Origin: Acidobacteriota bacterium
GTDB lineage: Bacteria > Acidobacteriota > UBA6911 > RPQK01 > JAJDTT01
DNA length: 64,000 nt
Assembly: GCA_965116695.1 (NCBI GenBank)
Contig: OZ220706.1
Coordinates: 4,547,661 to 4,611,660, forward strand
Direction of reading: 5' to 3'
This document shows, piece by piece, positions 40,600-49,777 of this stretch (position 1 is the first letter of the stretch; each line of letters begins with the position of its first letter). The position numbers were made by a program, and so were the translations under genes. The notes below the pieces were generated by a model. The model made no database searches, had not been told where the DNA came from, and saw nothing but the letters and a program-made list of their open reading frames with translations.

Positions 40600-43521
40600 A
40601 TGAGATCCGGACCGGGACTGCTGCGAGCGTTGCCGCTGCTTTTTTCCACCGTTCTGGCCGCCGCGCCGGGGCCCACCTTCGAAAAGGACGTGCTCCCCAT
40701 CTTCACGGCCCATTGCTTCGCCTGCCACGGCGGCACCTCCATGATCGGCCTGGACCTGCGCACGGCCCAGTCGGTGCTCAAGGGCTCCCACAACGGCACG
40801 GTCCTGGTGGAGGGGGACTCGGCCAAGAGTCTTCTGTACCAGAAGGTCTCGGCAAGGGAAATGCCCCCCAAGGCCTTCAACCTGGACCTGTCCCCAGCCC
40901 AGATCGACACCATAAAGAACTGGATCGAGGCGGGCGCGCCTCACGAGAAGGTCCAGCCCCTCCTGACTGCGGAACAGGTGGAGCGGTTCAATCACCAGGC
41001 GCTGCCCGTCTTCCAAGCCAAGTGCCTCGCCTGCCACGGTCAGGATCCCCCACCCGGAGGCCTGGATCTGAGGACGCTGGAGGCCACCCTCAAGGGGAGT
41101 GAAAACGGGCCCGTCGTGGTGGAGGGAGCGTCCGAGCTGAGCATCCTGATCCGCATGGTTTCCGCCGGGAGCATGCCCCCTCCGGGAGTCGGTTCCCCCC
41201 TCACCGAAGGGGAGATCGACACTCTTCGGGCCTGGATCGATTCCTCCCGCTTCGGACCCGATCTCATCACTGAGGAGCGGGAGGCCTTCAGCGTCGCGGA
41301 AGCGCCTCCCATCACCGAGGAGGACCGGAGTTTCTGGGCCTTCCGCAAGCCGGAGGCCGCTCCGGTTCCTGACGTCCAGGGGCAGGATCGGGTGCGCACT
41401 CCCATCGACGCCTTCGTCCTGGCCAAGCTGGAAGCCAAGGGTCTGGGCCTCTCGCCTGGCCAGTCGCGGCCGACCCTGATGCGGCGCGCCTACTTCGATC
41501 TCACCGGCCTGCCTCCGACTCCGGCGGAGATGGAGAAGTTCCTTTCGGACACCCGGCCGGACGCTTACGAAAGGCTGGTGAACCGGCTCCTGGAGTCGCC
41601 CCACTACGGGGAGCGCTGGGGCCGCCACTGGCTGGACCTGATGGGCTACACCGACATCACCGGATTCGACAACGATCTTCACACCACCAACCTCTTCGAG
41701 GGGATCTGGCGGTACCGGGACTGGGTGGTGGAGGCCCTCAATCAGGACAAGCCGTATGACCGTTTCCTGACCGAGCAACTGGCCGGTGACGAGCTGGTCG
41801 ATTGGCGGACCGCCCGGCAGTACACGCCGGAGACGGTCCGGCTCCTGACCGCCACCGGCTACATGCGCAGCAGCATGGACCGGACCGACTCGGACATCGT
41901 CAATCTTCCGGGCGAACGATACTCGGTCATTTTCGATCTGGTGGAGCGGGTCTCCACCGGGTTGTTGGGTCTCACCGCCGGCTGCGCCCGTTGCCATTCC
42001 CACAAGTTCGATCCCATTCCCCAGCGCGACTACTACCGGTTGATGGCCGTTTTCACCCCCGCCTTCAATCCCATGCGCTGGAAGCAGCCCAAGGACCGCT
42101 TCCTTCCCGACGTCTCCCGCGCCGAGCAGGAGGCCATCGAGCGGCACAACGCCGAGATCGACGCCCCCCAGACGAAGCTGAAGGAAAAGCTGGACGCCCT
42201 GCGCAGGCCTTACGAGGAGATGCTGCTGGACCGGAAGTTGGAACCGATCTCCGGTGAGATCCGCTCCGACGTGAAGACGGCGTGGCAGACCCCCGAAGAA
42301 AAGCGCAACGAGATTCAGAAATACCTGGCGGAGAAGTTCGCGAAACTGCTGGAGGTGAAGCCGGAGGAGGTCGACAAGAGCCTCTCGGAGGAGCACAAGG
42401 CGGAAGCGGCCGGATTACGCCAGAAGCTCGATACCCTCGAGGGGTATCGGCGCAGCTTCAACAAGATCCAGGCGCTGTTCGACGTCGGGCCTCCCCCGGT
42501 GACCCGTCTGCTGCAGCGCGGGGACATCGAGTCTCCGGGACCCCGGGTCACGCCGGCCGGCTTTGCGGTCCTGAGCCCGCCCGGCCAGGAATCGATCCGC
42601 AAACCCGGGGAGGCCCAGGGAGAAACCAGCGGTTACCGCCTGGGATTTGCCAAGTGGTTGACCAGCCGCGACCATCCCCTGACGGCCCGGGTCATGGTCA
42701 ACCGGGTGTGGCACCACCTGATGGGACGGGGGATCGTCGCCACTCCCGGGAACTTCGGCCGCAACGGTTCGCCTCCCACCCATCCCGAGTTGCTGGACTG
42801 GCTGGCGGTGGACTTCATGGAAAACGGCTGGTCCGTGAAGCGGCTGATCCGAACCATCATGACTTCCAGCGTCTACCGGCAGGCGCTGCGGCAACCGGAC
42901 GGCGCGCCCGGCGAGAGGGTCGATCCGCAGAACCTGCTCCTCTGGCGCATGAACCTGAAGCGCCTGGAGGCAGAAACGATCCGCGACGCCATCCTGGCGG
43001 CCAGCGGAAGATTGGACCGGAGTCGGGGCGGGACGCCGGCGTTGCTGGAGTTCGATGCGTCGGGACTGCAGACCGTGGCGGATGAGGAACCGGACACCCG
43101 GAACCCGTTGCGCCGCAGCCTCTACATTCTGGCGCGGCGAAACTACCCCCTCAATTTCCTGGAGGCCTTCGACTACCCCAAGATCACGGTCAACTGCACC
43201 CGCCGGGTGAACTCGGTGACGCCGATCCAGTCGCTGACCCTCATGAACGATCCGTTTCTGGTGGAGGAGGCGGGCCATCTGGCCCGGAGGGTCCGTGACC
43301 TGGCCGGCGAAAGTCCCGACGAGAGGGTCCGGATGGCCTATCTCCTGACTCTCTCACGTCAACCCGAGCCGGAGGAGGTCCGAATCGGCCGGGATCATCT
43401 CCGGGAGCAGGAGCGGAATTACCGTTTCGCCAATGCCACTCCGGAGAAGGCATCCGAGGCGGCGTTGTCCAACCTCTGCCAGACGCTGCTTGCCACCAAC
43501 GAATTTCTCTACCTGGAATAA
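40600..43521 (+). CDS. PSCyt/DUF1549/DUF1553 domain protein (Planctomycete-type cytochrome-C-like + PSD1)
   Basis: Duplicated FxxHCxxCHG segments (FTAHCFACHGG and FQAKCLACHGQ) match PSCyt domains. The central ...RLLESPHYGERWGRHWLDL... fits DUF1549 and a C-terminal DUF1553-like region follows. The ATG at 40600 follows a signal peptide. Confidence 0.75.
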   Translation: MRSGPGLLRALPLLFSTVLAAAPGPTFEKDVLPIFTAHCFACHGGTSMIGLDLRTAQSVLKGSHNGTVLVEGDSAKSLLYQKVSAREMPPKAFNLDLSPAQIDTIKNWIEAGAPHEKVQPLLTAEQVERFNHQALPVFQAKCLACHGQDPPPGGLDLRTLEATLKGSENGPVVVEGASELSILIRMVSAGSMPPPGVGSPLTEGEIDTLRAWIDSSRFGPDLITEEREAFSVAEAPPITEEDRSFWAFRKPEAAPVPDVQGQDRVRTPIDAFVLAKLEAKGLGLSPGQSRPTLMRRAYFDLTGLPPTPAEMEKFLSDTRPDAYERLVNRLLESPHYGERWGRHWLDLMGYTDITGFDNDLHTTNLFEGIWRYRDWVVEALNQDKPYDRFLTEQLAGDELVDWRTARQYTPETVRLLTATGYMRSSMDRTDSDIVNLPGERYSVIFDLVERVSTGLLGLTAGCARCHSHKFDPIPQRDYYRLMAVFTPAFNPMRWKQPKDRFLPDVSRAEQEAIERHNAEIDAPQTKLKEKLDALRRPYEEMLLDRKLEPISGEIRSDVKTAWQTPEEKRNEIQKYLAEKFAKLLEVKPEEVDKSLSEEHKAEAAGLRQKLDTLEGYRRSFNKIQALFDVGPPPVTRLLQRGDIESPGPRVTPAGFAVLSPPGQESIRKPGEAQGETSGYRLGFAKWLTSRDHPLTARVMVNRVWHHLMGRGIVATPGNFGRNGSPPTHPELLDWLAVDFMENGWSVKRLIRTIMTSSVYRQALRQPDGAPGERVDPQNLLLWRMNLKRLEAETIRDAILAASGRLDRSRGGTPALLEFDASGLQTVADEEPDTRNPLRRSLYILARRNYPLNFLEAFDYPKITVNCTRRVNSVTPIQSLTLMNDPFLVEEAGHLARRVRDLAGESPDERVRMAYLLTLSRQPEPEEVRIGRDHLREQERNYRFANATPEKASEAALSNLCQTLLATNEFLYLE

Positions 43522-43602
43522 CGGGTGACCGTCCCTTCCGGCTGACCTTCACCGCTGCCTGTCGAGCGGGTCGGGAAAGCGCCCTGGCCGAGTCGAACCA
43601 TC

Positions 43603-44886
43603 ATGTCCCTGGAACTGCGAAACCGGATCTTTCAGCAATTGGACTCGGTGTGGCTCATCGATCCCCACACCCACATCGACCCTCACCGGCCCGCCGCCGA
43701 GACGCTGGCCGACATCCTGGGATACCACTACTACACGGAGCTGGCGCACTCCGCCGGCATGCCCCGGGAGGAGATCGAAGAGCCGGGGACTGGTCCCAGG
43801 GAAAAGACCAGGCGGCTGATCGCCAATCTGGGGCCCGTGGAAAACACGGTCCAGTACAGTTGGCTGGTGGAGATGGCCCAGTCGCTGTTCGGCTTCGACG
43901 GCGACCGGATCACGCCGGACAACTGGGAGGCGCTCTACGATACGTCCAAGCGCCTCATGTCCTCGCCGACCTGGGAACAGGACGTGCTCCGGAGGAGCCG
44001 GCTCCGGCGCGTGTTCCTGACCAGCGACTTCGACGATCCCCTGGAGGGGTTCGACACGGAGTTGTACATTCCCTGTCTGAGGACCGACGACCTGGTGTTC
44101 GGCCTCGCCGATCCTGCCGTGCGGGGGCGCCTGGAAAAAGCGTCCCGGATCTCCGTCCACGACCCCGCAGCCTTGCGGAGAGCCCTTGGCTCCCTCTTCC
44201 AGCACTTCGTCTCCCGCAACGCCCGCGCCGCCGCGATCTCGCTGCCGCCCGATTTCACTCCTGCGAAAGTCTCCGGGCGAGAGGCCGCGGCCGCTCTGGA
44301 CAGCATTCTGCTGGGCGGAGAAGGGGGCGGACTCCGCGCGCGCCAATCGTTGTCCCATTTCGTTTTCTGGACTCTGGCCGAGTTCTGCGCCGAGTTCCGG
44401 CTGCCCTTCGACCTGATGATCGGTGTCAACCGGGGCGTTTACGAGGCGGGGGTCTTCCAGGGGCAGGACCTGTATGACAGCCGCGTCTCCCTGATCCAGT
44501 ACCGCGAACTGTTCAACGCCTTTCCCCGTGTGACTTTTCCCGTCTCGGTGCTGGCCAGCGTCACGAATCAGGAGCTGACCAGCTACGCCTGGATCTTCCC
44601 CAACGTGGTGACCCACGGGCATTGGTGGTACTCCAACGCCCCGGCCTTCCTGGAAGGAGATCTGGCGGCCCGGCTGGAGACCGTGCCGGCGACCAAGCAG
44701 ATCGGGTACTACAGCGACATGTACAAACTGGAGTTCGCCCTGCCCAAGTTCGCCATTTACAAGCGGACCCTGGCCAAGGTGCTGGCCGAGCGGTTCGTCA
44801 TCGATCGCGGTTGGTCGGAAGTTCGAGCCTTGGAACTGGGACGGCAGGTGTTGCGCGGCAACGTCGACGCCATCTTCGGACTGTAG
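43603..44886 (+). CDS. uxaC: glucuronate (uronate) isomerase-like protein
   Basis: N-terminal LIDPHTHIDPH is similar to the UxaC DYHCHL region. C-terminal THGHWWYSN resembles the UxaC GSGWWFND motif. 427 aa. Confidence 0.55.
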   Translation: MSLELRNRIFQQLDSVWLIDPHTHIDPHRPAAETLADILGYHYYTELAHSAGMPREEIEEPGTGPREKTRRLIANLGPVENTVQYSWLVEMAQSLFGFDGDRITPDNWEALYDTSKRLMSSPTWEQDVLRRSRLRRVFLTSDFDDPLEGFDTELYIPCLRTDDLVFGLADPAVRGRLEKASRISVHDPAALRRALGSLFQHFVSRNARAAAISLPPDFTPAKVSGREAAAALDSILLGGEGGGLRARQSLSHFVFWTLAEFCAEFRLPFDLMIGVNRGVYEAGVFQGQDLYDSRVSLIQYRELFNAFPRVTFPVSVLASVTNQELTSYAWIFPNVVTHGHWWYSNAPAFLEGDLAARLETVPATKQIGYYSDMYKLEFALPKFAIYKRTLAKVLAERFVIDRGWSEVRALELGRQVLRGNVDAIFGL

Positions 44887-44908
44887 GAGGGGACTTTCCT
44901 GTCCCCCC
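44886..44908. repeat. hairpin repeat AGGAGGGGACTTTCCTGTCCCCCC (copy 2)
   Basis: Follows the uxaC-like stop immediately. A copy of the 22575..22596 element; it may also act as a terminator hairpin. Confidence 0.6.
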
Positions 44909-44921
44909 TGTTCACCGCCGA

Positions 44922-45970
44922 CTAATAGCCCACAGCCTCCACCGGCTCCGGTTTCGGGAGGTCCACCTTGGCCAGGTAGACGCTCGTCTTTCCCTCGTGG
45001 GTCGAGTAATAGCTCATCCAGAGCAGCCCCTCGTGCCACACCATCCCGGGATAGCTGGTATCGCCGCCGGAGGGGAGCCGAAGCAGCTCGGACACGGTCC
45101 CGGTCTCGAGGTCCACCGACCAGAGGAGGGTTCTTCTGTCCCCGTCGGGCAGATAGAGCCGTCCCGCGGCCACCAGGCGCCCGTCGGGGAGGGAGATCAG
45201 GTTGGGCCCGCCGATGCGCTGCCCCGAATCCTTCCAGTTCCACAGTGTGTAGGGCGGTTCCGAAACGCCGATCTGGGCCGAATTGTCAGGCTTTCCATCC
45301 CGCCGCAACAGGCAGACCGCCGTCCCGTCCTCAAGAAAGACGATGGCCGACTCGTTGGGGTAGCCGCGGGCAAAAAAGACGTTCACGTGGGTCTCGTACC
45401 GGACCCCGTCCTGGGTCTTGTAGAGCCGGGCGAATTCCTGCTGGCTGTTGCGATGGCTGTAGGCTTCTCTCGTCGTGTAGCCGACGCCGTAGCCCGTTCC
45501 CTCACGCCAGGACACCCTCCAGAGCCAGAAATCCGGTTCACCCACCGGCTCGCGGGGAGTCCACTCATTCCGTCCCTGGAAAAGGAGACCCAGGGATTGT
45601 AGTTCTCCTGGTCGCCGCCCAACGACTTCCGCTCCGCGGCCAGCAGCATCAGCCTTCCGTCGGGTGTGACGACGAGCTTGGGATCCCTCAGATCGTTTCC
45701 CGGTTCAGGCGGCATGTGGACGGCGGAAGACCAGTTCTCCCCGTCGGCGGAGGTGATCACGCGGACGGAACCGTCATGGGAGGTGTGATCCTGCCCTTCG
45801 CGAAAGGTGCAGTACCACTGGTCCTGGAATCGGACCAGGTCGGTGAAGGCGCTGTGGGGAGCCTGGTCCCAGATCTTCTGGACCGAAACCAGCTTGGCGC
45901 CGGAAGGTCCGCACCCCGCCGCGGCGGCCAGCACCAGCAGCAATCGACAGCAACGGCTCCAACCTGACAT
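44922..45970 (-). pseudogene. BNR/Asp-box lipoprotein (sialidase-like), disrupted by a frameshift near 45540-45600
   Basis: N-terminal part (45970->45383) has a lipoprotein signal LLLVLAAAAGC and an Asp-box SADGENWS. The C-terminal part (45545->44922) continues in another frame. At the junction, the alternate frame reads FSRDG-NEWTPREPVGEPDFW, a second Asp-box, implying a single-nucleotide indel. Confidence 0.55.
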
Positions 45971-46037
45971 TTCGTCTCCTCTTCTCCGGTCCGAGTTGAT
46001 CCAAGACCCCGCGGCCGCAGCAACCCATTGAAAGCAG

Positions 46038-46112
46038 TGGAGCCGGCGAAGGGAATTGAACCCCCAACCTACGCATTACGAATGCGCCGCTCTACCGTTG
46101 AGCTACGCCGGC
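46038..46112 (-). tRNA. tRNA-Thr (anticodon CGU)
   Basis: Reverse complement folds as a cloverleaf: acceptor GCCGGCG/CGCCGGC, D-arm GCTC-AACGGTA-GAGC, anticodon stem GCGCA/TGCGT with loop TTCGTAA (CGT), T-loop TTCAATT, and CCA encoded. Confidence 0.8.
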
Positions 46113-46221
46113 TCCGAATGGAGGAAAGGACACATTATAGGAACAAGTCCCCGGGACTGCCAACGAACCTGAGCCGATCTCCGGTCGGATATCGCATTCC
46201 TCCGTGAAAGGAGGTATCGCG

Positions 46222-46716
46222 ATGTTGAGCTTAAGGATGGAATCGTATCGGACCCAGGTCGTCGCAATGGTTCTGGTGGGGCTCATCGCCCTGCCACTGC
46301 GTGCGGGAGTAATTCCTGGACGTTGGGAGAAGGTCTCGGCTTTGCGCGTGGCATCCCCCATCACCGTGGAACTGAAGGACGGGGATCGAGTCAAGGGTCA
46401 TTACGAAGACCTTTCCGACACGGACGTCATACTCGTGACCCATTTCTCCCGGGCGGTGATTCCCAAGGAGGATATCGAGACGATCACGACTCAACCGGAG
46501 GACCCCCTGTCCAACGGAACCTTGATCGGTGGCGCGGTTGGAGCCGGGGTCATGGGTGTCTGGACCGCCGCAGCATATTCCAAATCGTATTCGCGCGTGA
46601 ATCCATTGGGTGTCTTGATGATGGCCGGCATCGGCTTCGGAATCGGAGCCGGGCTGGGTGCGGCAGGCGACGCCGTCGCGAAGCCTGTGCCAATCGTCCT
46701 CTACGAAGCTCCGTGA
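46222..46716 (+). CDS. small secreted glycine-zipper protein, paralog 1 of 3
   Basis: RBS AAGGAGG 8 nt upstream of the ATG. Signal peptide, conserved VIPGRWEKVS...PITVELKDGDR.KGH...RAVIPKEDIETIT domain, Gly/Ala-rich hydrophobic segment, and C-terminal IVLYEAP. Confidence 0.65.
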   Translation: MLSLRMESYRTQVVAMVLVGLIALPLRAGVIPGRWEKVSALRVASPITVELKDGDRVKGHYEDLSDTDVILVTHFSRAVIPKEDIETITTQPEDPLSNGTLIGGAVGAGVMGVWTAAAYSKSYSRVNPLGVLMMAGIGFGIGAGLGAAGDAVAKPVPIVLYEAP

Positions 46717-46812
46717 AAACCGGGACTACTTCCTGGCCCGGAATTGGACTGCCTTTGCTGGTGAGCCAATTGCCGCCTAGAAATCGCATCTCTCTATGAA
46801 GAAGGAGGAGTT

Positions 46813-47313
46813 GTGATGATGAATTCGAGGATGAAGCCGTACCGGATCCAGGCAATCTCTTTGGCCCTCGCGGCATTGATCTCCCTTCCGTTGCGAGCGG
46901 ACGTCATTCCTGGACGATGGGAAAAGATATCGACTCTGTCGGTGACATCTCCGATTACCGTGAAACTGAAGGACGGTGATCGAATCAAGGGCCATTTCGA
47001 AGGCCTTTCCGCCACCGACGTCTTGGTCGTGACCCACTTCTCCCGCGCGGTGATACCGAAAGAGGACATCGAGACCATTACGATTCGGCCGGAAGACGGT
47101 ATAGGCGATGGTGCCGGTATCGGGGCGGGTGTCGGATTCGGGCTCGGGTCGGCGATCGCCTTGGGTTTGATTCTGAAGCATGGGGGTGGAGACGGTTCAT
47201 TGGCAGCACTCCTAGTGCTCAGTGGACTCGGGGCAGGTGTCGGGGCTGGACTCGGAGCAGCGGGCGACGCTGCGACGAGACCTCTGGAGATCGTGCTGTA
47301 CGAAGCTCCCTGA
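46813..47313 (+). CDS. small secreted glycine-zipper protein, paralog 2 of 3
   Basis: Same architecture as paralog 1; RBS AAGGAGG upstream. Confidence 0.65.
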   Translation: MMMNSRMKPYRIQAISLALAALISLPLRADVIPGRWEKISTLSVTSPITVKLKDGDRIKGHFEGLSATDVLVVTHFSRAVIPKEDIETITIRPEDGIGDGAGIGAGVGFGLGSAIALGLILKHGGGDGSLAALLVLSGLGAGVGAGLGAAGDAATRPLEIVLYEAP

Positions 47314-47366
47314 CCACAGGGAACATTTCTCGCGTGGGCGCCGTTTGGCGCAAGAGAGGTGTTGCG

Positions 47367-47867
47367 ATGATGCGCTCAGAACTGAACTCGATCCGAACCC
47401 TGACAATCTCCGCGACGCTGACAGCAATGTTGTCAGGATTGGCCGGAGCGGAGGTTGTTCCAGGGCGTTGGGAGAAGGTCTCCAATCTGGCTGTGGCGTG
47501 GCCGATCACCGTTGAATTGAAAAACGGCGATCGAATCAAAGGGAACTTCAGCGGCCTGTCCGATTTGAACCTCAAACTCGCGACCTACTCCGCACGGGCA
47601 GTGATTCCAAAAGAGGACATTCAAACCGTTACCATCCGCCCCAGAGATGGCGTGGGCAACGGCGCCAGGACGGGGGCTGCAGTCGGGGCCGGGTTTGTTT
47701 GCGCGATTGCTGCCGCGTACGTGATTGCAGATCGACGTGCGAAACCTCTGTGGGTGTTGTCGCTGACGCCCATCGGGGCGGCAGTGGGAGCCGGGATCGG
47801 TGTGGCTGTCGACGCGGGCATGAACGCGCCGCCAATCGTGCTCTACGAAGCGCCCGAAACTCGCTGA
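47367..47867 (+). CDS. small secreted glycine-zipper protein, paralog 3 of 3
   Basis: Same architecture as paralogs 1 and 2. The start was chosen at the internal ATG after a purine-rich RBS; the ORF is open from 47334. Confidence 0.6.
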   Translation: MMRSELNSIRTLTISATLTAMLSGLAGAEVVPGRWEKVSNLAVAWPITVELKNGDRIKGNFSGLSDLNLKLATYSARAVIPKEDIQTVTIRPRDGVGNGARTGAAVGAGFVCAIAAAYVIADRRAKPLWVLSLTPIGAAVGAGIGVAVDAGMNAPPIVLYEAPETR

Positions 47868-47908
47868 GATGGGTCCGAACGGGGTTTTCCGATCTATATT
47901 CCGGAAAT

Positions 47909-48232
47909 TCAGGACTGGGCTTGCTTGAGTGCGGCCGCCTGGGCCTTGGCGCCCATGTCCTCGGCTTCCTGGATCCAGCCTTTCGCGTGGTAGAACATGG
48001 ACAAGCTGGTGTAGGCCAACGGGTTGTCCGGCTCCACGTCCCGGTAGCGCAGGCCGTACTTGAGGGCCCGTTCCAGGTCCTTGTTGTGGTAGCAGCACAT
48101 GGCCGCGGCGTGCAGGGCGTCGCCGTAGTGGGCGTCCTCTTCCAGCGCCTGGTCGAAGGCGGCGACCGCTTCGTCCATGCGGTCATCGGCGAAAAGGTCC
48201 ATCCCCTTCAGGTAGTGGTCTTCCTTGGACAT
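47909..48232 (-). CDS. small TPR-like helical protein (107 aa)
   Basis: The C-terminal portion of a long GC-shadow ORF has real-protein composition, and paired helices (...AVAAFDQALEEDAHYGDALH...LERALKYGLRY...) resemble TPR. Start at ATG 48232. Confidence 0.4.
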   Translation of the reverse strand: MSKEDHYLKGMDLFADDRMDEAVAAFDQALEEDAHYGDALHAAAMCCYHNKDLERALKYGLRYRDVEPDNPLAYTSLSMFYHAKGWIQEAEDMGAKAQAAALKQAQS

Positions 48233-48375
48233 CGGCACCTCGAAAACATGGTCCTTCACGCCCGGCGTCCAGTCAAGGCGCCGGACCGGGAGCCGCGGCA
48301 TTCCAGCCGCCGAATCTCCCGCCGGCCGCATCCGGCTCCGGTACGGATCGAGGAGGGCCCCCACCAGGGGTGCTC

Positions 48376-49728
48376 CTACAGCCGATTCCCGTCCGTGTCG
48401 TAGACGGATACGGGGCCCAAACCTGCCAGGTCCGCCTCGACCTGGGAACGGTCCGCCACCACCGTGATGACGGTCCGCTCCGGATCCAGATAGGTTCGAG
48501 CCGTTTCCCGGATCGTCTCCGGAGCCGCCTGCCGCAGCCGCTGGACATAGTCCCGGTAGTGGTCTTCCGGGAGGCGGTCCAGACGGCGGCTGACCTCGAG
48601 ATCCGCCACCGAATCGGAAGTCTCCAGGTAGCGGATGAACCGGCCGGTCAGTTCCGCCCGGCAACGGTGCAACTCCCGGGAACCGGGCGGCTCCCGTCGC
48701 AGGCGCTCCATCTCCTTCAGGCATTCCTGCAACGACTCGGCCGCCACGTCGCTGCGCACGTCGGCGCCCATGAGGACGACCCCGTCGCGCCGGTACCACT
48801 TCATGACGCTGTAGGCGCCATAGGTGTATCCCTTGTCCTCCCGCAGGTTCAGGAAGAGACGGGAGCTGGCGCTGCCCCCCAGGACCTGGTTGGCCAGGAA
48901 CAGGGGCGTCCCATCCCGGTGGCCCCGGGGCAGTCCGCGGCTGGCCACGACGATCCGGGCCTGGACCGAATGAGGCCGGTGAACCAGCATCACCCGCCGT
49001 GATTCCGGGGCCGGAGGCAGCGGGGACCGGTCCCGCTCGGAAGCCTCGCCCGTCCAGCATCCCAGGTAACGGTCGGCCAGGCGTACGGCCCGGTCCGGTG
49101 TCACGGCTCCCGAGAAGGCGAGCAGAGCTCCGTGCGGCGTCAACAGCCGCCGGTGCACTCCACGCAACGCGTCGCGGTCCGCGGCTTCCACGTGCGACAC
49201 GGGGAACGAGACTCGCGAATAGGGGTGGCTGCGGTAGAGGGCGGCATGGCTCCGCTCCCGGGCCAGGAATACCGGTTGGGATCGCTGCGACAGAAGGTGG
49301 CTTCTCCACCGGCTCCGGGCCTTCTCCAATTCCATTTCGGGGAATGCCGGGCGCAGCACCAGGTCCGCCAACAGTTCGAGGGCCGGCTCCAGGTACCGGG
49401 CCAGCACCGTCAGGGTGAGCCGGCTCTGCTCCATTCGGACCTGGGTGCCGTAGTGAATGGCCAACTGGTCCATGAGGTCCGAGATCTGACGGGAGTCACG
49501 GGTCTCGGTCCCCTCTTCCAAAAGCTCGACGGCCAGGCTCGTGAGGGCCAGGTTTCCGGTGGAATCGGAGGTGCGGCCGGTGGGCCAGGCCAGGCAGAGG
49601 GAAACCTTGGGAAGGGCGGAATCGTCGACCGTCAGAACTCGAAGCCCGTTCCCCAGGACGGCATCCGGAATTTTTGGATAGCCGGGTGTCGGCAACGGTG
49701 CTGTCGGTGGGGGCTGATCCGTCTTCAT
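48376..49728 (-). CDS. M16 (pitrilysin) family peptidase, non-catalytic partner subunit
   Basis: M16 fold similarity, but the HxxEH zinc motif is absent. Adjacent to the catalytic M16 gene. Start at the internal Met (MKTDQPPPT). Confidence 0.65.
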   Translation of the reverse strand: MKTDQPPPTAPLPTPGYPKIPDAVLGNGLRVLTVDDSALPKVSLCLAWPTGRTSDSTGNLALTSLAVELLEEGTETRDSRQISDLMDQLAIHYGTQVRMEQSRLTLTVLARYLEPALELLADLVLRPAFPEMELEKARSRWRSHLLSQRSQPVFLARERSHAALYRSHPYSRVSFPVSHVEAADRDALRGVHRRLLTPHGALLAFSGAVTPDRAVRLADRYLGCWTGEASERDRSPLPPAPESRRVMLVHRPHSVQARIVVASRGLPRGHRDGTPLFLANQVLGGSASSRLFLNLREDKGYTYGAYSVMKWYRRDGVVLMGADVRSDVAAESLQECLKEMERLRREPPGSRELHRCRAELTGRFIRYLETSDSVADLEVSRRLDRLPEDHYRDYVQRLRQAAPETIRETARTYLDPERTVITVVADRSQVEADLAGLGPVSVYDTDGNRL

Positions 49729-49777
49729 GGCCTGTGATTCACGCGTCTCCCGGGCCGGGCTTTGGACCAACTCCGAT

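Noticed and set aside
40495-42396. 633-aa minus-strand ORF inside the DUF1549/1553 gene
   Set aside because: Antisense shadow of a well-supported plus-strand gene.
43549-45243. 564-aa minus-strand ORF over the uxaC-like gene
   Set aside because: Antisense shadow. The plus-strand product has recognisable UxaC-like motifs.
47909-49309. Full 466-aa ORF (Pro/Gly/Arg-rich N-terminal 350 aa)
   Set aside because: Only the C-terminal 107 aa (47909..48232) look like a real protein. The rest overlaps the M16 peptidase gene in another frame and is low-complexity shadow sequence.
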